Shown one piece after another: positions 38,862-49,302 of a stretch of DNA of 64,000 nucleotides. The notes beneath the pieces are model-generated. The model saw nothing but the letters and a program-made list of their open reading frames with translations, was not told the DNA's origin and did not search any database. The stretch is from Octopus vulgaris (taxonomy: Eukaryota), in contig OX597828.1 in NCBI GenBank assembly GCA_951406725.2, forward strand, positions 66,774,001 through 66,838,000. The letters run 5' to 3'. The translations under genes and the position numbers were made by a program. Numbering within the stretch: position 1 is the first letter of the stretch; the number at the start of each line of letters is the position of its first letter.

Positions 38862-39253
38862 TCTGGGCAAGATACTACATTCTACATGTTTTTTAGTATA
38901 TTTTGTTTCATTTTGTCATTAACAATTACTGGTGAAACTGTTAATGAGTTGTTGAATTATCACTGAAGACCAGACTATCTCTGTAACCTAATGACTATAG
39001 TTGGGTATTACATGTTTAAAGAGTGAGGAAAATAGCATGGCATTGCAGATTTTCTACCTATTCAGGTTGGGAGAAATTAATCACTTCTTAAATGAATATT
39101 TGAGAAATATAAGCCGCAATACGGTGAGTGTGAGCTAATAAAAAGAGCTTCTAAGCAGTTGCTTAGTCTGCTGAAAATAGCTTAATAGTCTTCCTTGTTT
39201 CGTATCCTTTCTTCTTAAGTAACAAGGATACATTGGGCCATATAGCCCCTGAT

Positions 39254-39926
39254 CAGTAGTGGCTTGTGTATAGACACTGCGGAACTGCAGCACCCCCTAT
39301 TTCTACTCGATATCATCAATAGCATTCAATATAATGAGTCCATTTTTCCTTAATTCTTTCTTTATACTTGAACATTATATAATCCTTAAGCTTAATGTCA
39401 GTAGCCATTCCCTAGTTTATGAAAAAAATACAAAAATCCTTGTATAGAACTGTGCACTTCACAGTTCCAGCGATGTGGTGTTTGAGATAGGAAGCTGCAC
39501 GCTAGGGAGAGAGAGCACTGAGCTTCATGCAATGCCACCCTAATTTTTTAGGCAGTGTTTCTTTTTGACTCTATGTGTGTTGTTAAAAACGTGTTTATAT
39601 TCTTGAATGTGATAAAGTGTAGAATTAGATTATTATCCTGCTTCTAGCTACACAGTGTTGCAGCCAGCATTTGAAAAAATAGGGCAGATTTCCCCCCCTT
39701 ATTTTGTGATTTTAGGGGTGATTTTTGGAAAACAAGGGGGAATTCATGGCAGTGTTCAGTGTACAAATTAAACACACTACCCGGCAGTGGCCAAAACGAG
39801 AATCAATCAAGTCTTTGTATAAATTTTTCTTTTTATATGTTTGTTTCCTTTTACACAATATCAAAACAATGGCTAAAAATTTTCTGAAGCAGCACCTCCA
39901 CTAATTTTATCTACAAGCTGCCACTA
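39254..39926. mobile_element. hAT-like non-autonomous element with 8-bp TSD
   Basis: CCCCTGAT flanks both ends (39246-39253 and 39927-39934); imperfect TIR CAGTAGTGGCTTGT / ACAAGCTGCCACTA. Confidence 0.6.
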
Positions 39927-40187
39927 CCCCTGATATACAAAAAGACGGGCTGGTCATGGTTGGAATGCCTTTCATCAATGTTTACTCAATCACTGTTGAT
40001 CAGATGCTAAGTGTGTAGCTTTTAAATATTTTGTTAGATACTCTGAGTAAACTATAACTAATACATTTTATAATAACTGAATGATAAGACATGCTTGTTT
40101 TTTAATGCTACAAGCCATGTAACCTTATTTTAATGAATTCTGCCATTCCATATAATTTTTTTTGTAAATATCTTATTTCTTTCACAG

Positions 40188-40251
40188 CCTGGTTATGATG
40201 ATATCAGTCAGGAATTTTTGGAGAATCCTTACAAAAAGAAATTTTTGAAAG
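40188..40251 (+). CDS. NBAS: NBAS coding exon 11 (GC donor)
   Basis: tcacag|PGYDDISQEFLENPYKKKFLK+G|gcaagt; phase 1 is required by exon 12. Confidence 0.88.
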
Positions 40252-41243
40252 GCAAGTATAATGCAAAGATATAAATCTGCCTATCTCCTTTTGTTTGTCC
40301 TCTTTTTTTGACACATCTTAATTTTTTGCTCTGTGTCTATCTCTTCCTTTGTCTATATTTATTCCTTAACCATTTAAAATAAATGGAGTACTACTGATTA
40401 GGCATATCTAAAGTTAATATCTTTTATTAACTATTTTTTTTTTGTTACTACAATCCACTAGTTTCCATGGAATCTATTTTCTTCTTTAATGCTTGTCTGA
40501 AAGACAGTTCTGAACACTTAGAAGGCAATAGAAACTTATTACTTATTAGCAAAGAAGGAAATGTCACAATCACTCCAACATTTCACTAATGCCATGGGGA
40601 AATGTTGCCTTGCTTTGAAACGGTTGAAGGTTGGCAACAGGAAGGGCATCCAGCCATAGAAAATTTGCTACATTGTATTTTACCTGACCTGTGTAAGCAT
40701 GGAAAAATGGATGTTAAAACAATGATGATAATCATATTTTGATAATCATATTCTGATACTCACATATAGTTTTATGATTATTATTTATATATATATATAT
40801 ATATATATTCAAGTGTGATTGTTACCAGCTTGACCTTACTGGCACTCAAGCCCCGTGCTAGTAGGGTATTAAGAGCACTATCCGAGCATTATCGTTACCA
40901 GAGTGGCTATCTGGCCTCCGTGCCGGTGGCACCTAAAAGACACCATTCGAGCGTGATCATTACCAGCATCGCCTTACTGGAACCTGTGCCGGTGGCATGT
41001 GTAAAAGATTTGAGCGAGATCATTGCCAGTACCGCCTGACTGGCCCCATGCTGGTGGCACGTAAAAAGCACCCACTACACTCTCGGAGTGGTTGGCGTTA
41101 GGAAGGGCATCCAGCTGTAGAAACTCTGCCAGATCAAGATTGAAGCCTGGTGCAGCCATCTGGTTCACCAGCCCTCAGTCAAAATCGTCCAACCCATGCT
41201 AGCATAGAAAGCAGACGTTAAACGATGATGATGATGATGATGA

Positions 41244-41277
<34 letters not shown>

Positions 41278-41347
41278 ATGATATAGTTATGTATCAAACT
41301 AGTCGGATATATGTTTACCAATAAATCTCTCCACATTTTACTTTCAG

Positions 41348-41397
41348 ATCTTGTCCCATCAAAGAATTTAATAGATATCAACTGGTGGTCAGAAAAC
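41348..41397 (+). CDS. NBAS: NBAS coding exon 12
   Basis: tttcag|(D)LVPSKNLIDINWWSEN|gtaaga; resembles LIDVNWWADS; 50 nt. Confidence 0.93.
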
Positions 41398-41786
41398 GTA
41401 AGATATTTTATTTTAGCCAGTCTGTGTATAGTCCATGCTTAACTTTCCCAGATTTATCACTCTGTAATGGTTACATACCACCATCACCACTGCCCACCAC
41501 CATTACGGATTGGCAGCATCATTAGAGCGTTGGGCATTCAGACTACTCTGTCAAATGTAATGCTTATTTATTCACATTGTTTTTGAATTAATCATGCATT
41601 ATCCCAGCTTTGAAATTTTGATGATGTGATTTTGTATTTTTAGAATAACACTGAGAGTAGATGAGAAAAGCCAGATCTGGCTGGTTTGGGCCAGATATGA
41701 TTAGTTTAAATGCTAATGGGTTAACCAGCTGCACACCTCACAAAAATCTCTAGTGTTGTGCCTAGCTTAGAAATCATAATTTATTT

Positions 41787-42055
41787 TATTGTGTCTGGGG
41801 AGAGTAATTTTATTTTTGTGCCTTATTTTGTAACACACTCACCGGTAAAATTTCCACGTTTTTCTTATTTTTATTGTCCTAAAATTTTTGTTGCGTCTTG
41901 CAACCTTTTCAATAAAAATAAGAAATAAGTGGAAATTTACCGGTGAGTGTGTTACATAATAAGGCACAAAAAGAAAATGACTCTCCCCAGATACAGTAGA
42001 ATATGCTTCAACACACAAACTCATATAAAGAATCTTGCAAACCAAATCCAAAAGC
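41787..42055. repeat. Inverted repeat (~90-bp arms) of a Penelope-like end enclosing a U3-A8 hammerhead-like motif
   Basis: 41787-41876 is inverted at 41910-42000; the minus-strand loop reads TTGAAAA-G-GTTGC-AAGAC-GCAAC-AAAA-ATTT-TAGGAC. Confidence 0.75.
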
Positions 42056-43129
42056 GAAATAATTTTTTTTGCTTTACAAAAGAAAAGAGGTTTTAAAATG
42101 AATTTGCTTCCTATAAACTCATGGGTATTCGTCTGTTTGCTTTATGGCTGAAAAGTTAATAAGTTAAATGTTGATAGGCCAGTTACTGCAAGATTTGTCC
42201 TAAGATAACATCTGTTATGGACTTGCTGTGTTAAAACTGCTATAAATATGAGAAAAAGACAAAAATTCATCCTACTAGTGACCAGCGGGAATGCCAGAGG
42301 CATTTGCATTTTGGGGCCTTTTCAGAGGTGAGTACTCACAGCCAGTGACATGAATGGACAAAAATTCATCATCTCTGATATGGGAAGAAGTGAGTAAACA
42401 TTCACTGATTTTGTAAATAGCTACTGCTCTGGTATTTATTGTTGTCTTTGATACAAGTTCATAAGCAATGTTTCAGGATAAATGTTGCAGCAACTGGCTT
42501 ATCAGCAGTGTGTATACATTGTGTATGATACATAGATGGCTATGTTAATTAAATACTACCTCAATTGCATATACCAGATTTTTCACCTAATTATGTTACT
42601 CTCTTTTACTAACGTCTGAGTATGTGGGTATTTTGAAAATACCTCACAGAGTGATGGCCATGCCCTATATAGTTATGGGCTGGCCTTTGACAAGGTATAG
42701 TACCCGTTTAGCCCACCCTGTGGCAAAATCATGGGACTACAGCATGGTAGATTGTGAAGAGGTAGCAGAAGAGCTCAAGTGAGCCAAAGGTGCTTCTTAC
42801 ATTGATGCTGAATGGGGGAATCCTAGAAGACGAATGGTCAGGGTCACCAAGCTCTATCAAGAGAGTAACTGCAATGCATCCATAGGAGTGGTGGCCATGG
42901 TTGTGTAATCAGCTTAAGAAAGATTCACTATGACTCAAGCTCCCAATTCAGATTCATAATTATGGAATTGGATGGAAACAGAGTCATGGGAATCTGTGAA
43001 AGCAGCAAAAATATAAAATATACCCCCCCCCCAAAAAAAAACAACAAAAAAATCCAACCTAATATGAAGTTCCTCTTTCTGAATGAGGACTATCTTAATT
43101 TCCTTTCTTTGTTATATTGTTTATATTAG

Positions 43130-43273
43130 GCTTTAATTCTTGCAAGATGTCCTGGAGCTGTGAGCCTTGTTTCCACAAATACCCTGAAAAACTTACTTGG
43201 TGCCCATCCTGAATGGTTTGAGCCTTCTCCTCGAGTAACAAGCACATATGAGGGAAGATTTCTAGGTCTAGAG
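43130..43273 (+). CDS. NBAS: NBAS coding exon 13
   Basis: tattag|ALILARCPGAVSLVSTNTLKNLLGAHPEWFEPSPRVTSTYEGRFLGLE|gtaata; 144 nt. Confidence 0.95.
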
Positions 43274-44451
43274 GTAATATTTCTTGCTTTTTTTGTGTTG
43301 ATGACTTTTTTATTTTTTGACCAGCATTCTAGGCATGACCATCCCATCTTTATTTTTGTACACTTTGCATTATTCATCCTTTTTAAGCTGAGTGATCCTA
43401 ACCTTGTGGGCGTTGGTGCCATGTAAAAAGCACCCATGTCAGTGCTATGTGAAAGTGTTTGTGCTGGTGTCACATAAAAGCACCCAGCACATTCTATTAG
43501 GTGGTTGGCATTAGGAAGGGCATCCAGTTATAGAAACCATGCCAAAACCCATGGAGTCTGGGCAGCTCTTGAGCTGGCTAGCTCCATGTCAAACTGTACA
43601 AGCCATGTCAGTATGGAGGACAGACATTAAATGAGGATGTACTGTAACCTTTTAGCTGTTGTCTATCTAAATATTGACATGCAGAAGTAGAAACCATATA
43701 TCCCAGCACCCTCTCTTGTCTGCTCACTATAGTTACCTCTTATATACCCCTATGTCTCCCTCCCCACCACTCCTATGCCTTACATTTCATTTCCTACTCC
43801 CTGAGCCTGTGACATAAAATCTCTCCAACTTCTACACTCACGGAGTGGTTGGCGTTAGGAAGGGCATCAAGCTGTAGAAACACTGCCAGATCAGACTGGA
43901 GCCTGGTGCAGCCTCCTGGCTTCACAGACCCCAGTTGAACCGTCCAACCCATGCTAGCATGGAAAACGGACGTTAAACGATGATAATTCTCAAATACTAC
44001 CCTCATTTGCTCAAGGAGGCTTTTCCCTTTCGCTCTTTTCTGTTTTGCAAGGTACTTGCCAACCCCACTACTACCAGTGACATGGGAAAAGCACCCAATA
44101 CACAATGTAAAATGGTTAGCATTAGGAAAGGTATCCAGCTGTAGAATGTATGCCGAAGCTGATATGGAGCTGGATGCAACCCTGTGGCTCATCGGATCCT
44201 GTCAAACCAGCGCCAACTCATATCAGCATGGAAAATGGAGGCTTAGTGATGTTGACTGAAAACATCCACTTGAGAAGGATTAGAAATGCACTGGATACTA
44301 TGTATATAGACTAAGCACTAGATACTATGTATATGGACTAAATAATAATTAGTAAAATGATTTGGTACAGATGGGAACTTGTACATGTTTCTTCTATTAA
44401 TATATAAACATTATGACAAATTCCAATCCTCTTGCTTTGTATCTGTTTCAG

Positions 44452-44648
44452 TGTTCTTGTCGTTTTGTGTCTAAGCGTCATGCATTGGCACAAAACAGCA
44501 GTGGTTCATCATCTGATGATGAACTGTTTGAAGACAGTGACGATGATGAAGATATTTCTTGGATGAGAAAAACCTCTCAGTACACCAAACAAGTCCTGTA
44601 TTACGTTACAGACAATGAACGATTTCAACCACTCCGAAAGAAACCAAA
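44452..44648 (+). CDS. NBAS: NBAS coding exon 14
   Basis: tttcag|CSCRFVSKRH..EDSDDDEDISW..KQVLYYVTDNERFQPLRKKP+AA|gtaagt; 197 nt. Confidence 0.95.
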
Positions 44649-45489
44649 GTAAGTAGAAGTGTAATAAACCATTGATTGAACATTGCTAGTATTAGAATCA
44701 AGATAAGGACGTAAATATTTCATCTATGTACAAAAAAAAACCATAAAAACTGAAGGGGTTATAAAAAAATTTTAAGAGATTTGGCTGTTATTTCCAGCAT
44801 GTGGAGATACCTTCTAGGCTTAGCTTCATGCACTGGTTGAAAATCAAAAAAAAAAATTCTGGGGTTGTTACATTCGATTAAAAATTCTTCAAGGTGGTTC
44901 CCCAGCATGGCCGCAGTCTAATAACGGCAACAAGTAAAGGTGGGGGGTTGGGATCGATACGTTTAACTAAAAATTCTTCCTGGCGGTGCCTACATCTAAT
45001 GACTGAAACAAATAAAAGGTGAAAAAAAAACGAAAAAATAATCGAAAAATATAACCATGTTGCTTTTGTCCACCTTCACACTTTATCTATGGGGCTTTTG
45101 TCTTTCACTCATATCATCATCATCATCATCATCATCATTTAGCGTCCGCTTTCCATGCTAGCAAGGGTTGGACGGTTCAACTGGGGTCTGTGAAGCCAGA
45201 AGGCTGCATCAGGCCCAGTCTGATCTGGCAGTGTTTCTACGGCTGGATGCCCTTCCTAACGCCAACCACTCCGTGAGTGTAGTGGGTGCTTTTTACGTGC
45301 CACCCGCACAGGTGCCAGATGGAGCTGGCAAACTGCCATGGACGGATGGTGCTTTTTACGTGCCACCGGCACGGGGCCAGGCGAGGCTGGCAATGGCCAC
45401 GAACGGATGGTGCTATATATATATATAGCAGGCTGCCAACACTTTTTTCTGCAAAATAGGGGTAGCTTATCTTGTTCAGGCTATAATTC

Positions 45490-45712
45490 GGTACTACTTG
45501 AGAACAGTGCACGCATCCGCGCCAGCTAGTCATGACTAGTTGATCCTTACTTTGTGTTTTTGTGTGTTATTTACTTTGTTTAAAAATTATTTACTTTGTG
45601 TTTTATTTACTTTGCTAGGTAGTCGTTGTAGGATCGACTAGTCACGACTAGCTAGTACGGATGCGCGACTACGCGAGTCCGCGCACTGGGACCACTGTTC
45701 TCAAGTAGTACC
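45490..45712 (+). mobile_element. MITE with 20-bp perfect TIR
   Basis: GGTACTACTTGAGAACAGTG ... CACTGTTCTCAAGTAGTACC, with internal CTAG/CG-rich inverted motifs. Confidence 0.8.
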
Positions 45713-48211
45713 CTTTAATTCTTACGTGGTACGCCAAGTTTGGAAAGACTTCCTCCCAATTTTTTCTTTCTTTTTTTTCCCCCCAAAACCCCCGTTTTCG
45801 TATACGGAGATTCCGATTAAATTGCCAAAAATCGACATTTTGAAATTTCGCCCTCCCCTTCCCCCACTTCTTCATTTTTGATTTTTTCTTTTCCCTAACT
45901 CTAACCTTAACTACAAAAACTTTTGGAAGTTTTTTCAGTATCATGATCTCCGTATTTTTCCGCATATTTAGAAAAAAGAAAAAAAAAAAAATTCTGAAAA
46001 AATAGCCGTACACTGGGAGGGGAGGGAGAGGTGTAATTTATTTTTATTTTTTAAATTGAAATTTTACGAAAATTTTTGGAGATACTTTTCCAAATCATAA
46101 TCTTCGCATATTTTGAAAAAAAAAAAATTCTATTAAAAGTAAGAAATGAAGAAATTAGGGGGTGGGGTAATTTCAAAATGCCAATTTTTTTTGCAGATTC
46201 GTATTCTCCGTAGCCGAAAACTTGGGTTTATGTAGAAAAAAAAAATTAAGCGGGGTTGGGGGTTACAAAACGAAATCTTGCCCCTAGTTTTGCTCTAGAC
46301 GTATTTTTATGTATATGTTGCTTTGGGCCCTACTTTCATTAACTTTGACAGGATATGTAGAACTAAATAACGATGTAGTTTTCGTTGTGTGAAGGCGGCG
46401 AGCTGGCAGAAACGTTAGCACGCCGAGCGAAATGCGTAGCCGTATTTCGTCTGCCGTTACGTTCTGAGTTCAAGTTCCGCCGAGGTCAACTTTGCCTTTC
46501 ATCCTTTTGGGGTCGATAGAATTAAGTACCAGTTACGCATTAATCCGTTTGTCTGTCCTTGTTCGTCCCCTCTGTGGGTAGTAAAGAAATAGACATAGTT
46601 TTCGTTGTGTGTGTGTAGTAGAGCTATTGTTGTAAGCAGTGATTAATATAAAAGTGATTTTAACTAGTTTAGTCAAAGTCCTATCTATATAAGACGACAA
46701 AGTATCAAAGAACTGACTGAACGAGAGATAATTTTTGTGCAAGTTAATCTCATGAGTTGTGAACAAGAACAGTTTAGATAAAAGACAACCACCGTTGAAT
46801 GCAGTCAGCAATATCTAAGTCAAGTGTATTTCCGATGAACACGAGTGTCTGTCGAACCTTCCTTATCTGTTGTGTGTAGCTGTTTGAAATTACGTTCACG
46901 TTTACATCACATAACAATATGCTGAAATAAGCCTCGAAGTCCGAAAGAATACCTTTTCGAAATAAATATATATATATGTGTGTGTGTGGTGTGTGTGGAG
47001 GCGCAATGTCCCAGTGGTTAGGGCAGCGGACTCGCGGTTTCGACTCCCAGACCGGGCGTTGTGAGTGTTTATTGAGCGAAAATACCTAAAAAAAAAAAGC
47101 TCTACAGGGCTCCAGTAGGTGGTAGTGGCGATCCCTGCTGTACTTTTTCGCTACAATTTTCTCTCATTCTTTCTTCAGCTGGCCTGCTCGCTTAGCCAGC
47201 GGGGTGGCGTCATTTGAAGGCTAAAACAATGCGAAGCGCACTGTGACCAGCGATGTGTAGCAATATCTGATAGCCTGGTCAGTCACGGTGATTATATAGA
47301 TAGTAAAGAAATAGATATTTTTAGTAAATAAATAAATATATATGTATATTTGAATATTGTTTGAATATAACTCAGCAATTTCTTTCATTTCGTTTTAACT
47401 TTGAATCATTAATAGTTTTTACCCCTCACTGTCGTCCCTCTAAAAGAAAGCGATCATTATGAACATTTTTGTAATTGGAATTGTGGATTCCGATAGCTTT
47501 CTTATCTATTATTGTAGCTTTTTATTTATGCATGTCTGAACTCGAGTTTTGCTTTCTTTGTACACATTAAATACCTCGATTCATCCTTATTTATACCTTT
47601 TTCTTTCGTTGAATTTTACTTTATCTTTTAAAAGGAGGCTTCAATACTTTATTCGAATCCACCCGGATGAAATAGTGAACAACAACTCGCAAAATAAAAA
47701 TTAATTAAAAACCGTATGGGACCCAACATAACTTGCATTAAAAAGAATGTATATAATTTTCTTTTTATAAATGAATGTTGCCACGAAGGAGCGGTTGTCA
47801 AATGATAGATCGTATTTCTGAATATATAAAGTACTCGAGGTCAAAGTTTTTTAGGTTAGTTATCTCAACTGTGTGTAACACCATTTAGTTAGCAACTCGA
47901 GTCTTTATAAGCCGCTTTCATCCATAAAAAAATGAAATCTTAAAAAAGAAAAAAGGGCGAGAGTAAGAGAAGGAAAAAGAAAAGAATATTTAAGCATCTA
48001 TATAGAAAGAGAGCAGGCTTGGTAGGCACGTGAGATATGAAGCATGCATTGTGTACTAATGCGGTTTAAGGGTTAAGCACAGTGTATGGATAGATATTCA
48101 GTGAAACCGTTGCTGTTCTTTTTGACTAAATGACATGATTCAGCCGAGAGATGTCTGGGAAGAAATTGTGGTGAGACTATCATCATCTCCAACTTTTCTT
48201 TTCGTCTACAG

Positions 48212-48281
48212 ACTCGTCAATCGGACTTACCAACTTGTATGTTTGCGTTCCACAACTCCAGAAGAATTGTACGCGCAGAAA
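48212..48281 (+). CDS. NBAS: NBAS coding exon 15
   Basis: ctacag|(K)LVNRTYQLVCLRSTTPEELYAQK|gtaagt; LRSTTPEELY motif; 70 nt, phase 2 to 0. Confidence 0.95.
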
Positions 48282-49039
48282 GTAAGTAGCACGTTGCATA
48301 ACTCTCTCACATTTTCAATAAGCCTATTAGAGTTACTTCCTCTTAATAGCATTTTTTTTCTTCGCTCGTGCCTGTAACATGTTCTTTCGTTATTAATTTA
48401 TTTCGGCTTAATTGCAATTTGGAGCGTTACACCGACTTTTCTGTTTTCTATAGTTTTCTTAAAACAGTTCACATTTTTAACGAAGTTTTGCCGATATATT
48501 TTGCAAAGCAATGATTATGATGATGATGTTAAAATTATTTTTTACTCGGAAAGAAAATAATTTCGTACAATTTTTAACCATTCAGTAATTATAATCATTC
48601 AGTAATAATTGATATTATTATTAAGACGAATGGGCGAAAATAAAATTTGTCAGAATACGTTTAACCTTACTATAATATTTTGTTATATTTCCATCTGTAC
48701 TGTATTAAATTAAACGTAAATTGGTATTTTATAAAATCGTGTCTTCTAATTTCATGTTAATATTTTATCTTGTTATGGTGATAAACAAGTCATACATTAT
48801 TGAGAACATTATGAGGGGACATTCGATGGAAGGGGAACGAAGCCTTTATTTCTATGGGCAAATAAAGCAAGACTTTGTTAATTGAAACGGTTCCTGGAAA
48901 TTGTGTAAATTTTACATCTCTTAACTTCGATACAATCTGGTGCCTTCCATATTTAGTGACAAATAATATCCCTTGTTTTTTTCATCAGAAACAAGAGGTA
49001 TTGTAAATGTTAATTTTTTTTAACAACAAAGGATAATTA

Positions 49040-49302
49040 GGTTCTATTTAAGAAGGGTGGTCCCGGTGCGCGTAGTCGCGCATCCGCGCTAGCTAGTCGT
49101 GACTAGTCGATACTACAGCGACTACCTAGCAAAGTAAATAAAACACAAAATATATATTTTTTTTACACAAAGTAAATAATTTTTTAAACAAAGTAAATAA
49201 AATACAAAAACACAAAGTAAGGATCAACTAGTCACAACTAGCTAGCGCAGATGCGCAACTACGCGAGTGCGCGCACCGGGACAACTCTTCTTAACTTGTA
49301 CC
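49040..49302 (-). mobile_element. Second copy of the same MITE, opposite orientation
   Basis: CTACCTAGCAAAGTAAATAAAACAC..CACAAAGTAAGGATCAACTAGTCA is the reverse complement of 45530-45625. Confidence 0.8.

Larger units (their letters stand above)
38134..39105 (+). repeat. ~250-bp direct repeat pair (38134-38380 and 38854-39105) bracketing NBAS exon 10
   Basis: Shared TTGTTGTTTCTGGGCAAGATACTACATTCTACATG..ACAATTACTGGTGAAACTG..CAGGTTGGGAGAAATTAATCACTT. Confidence 0.9.
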
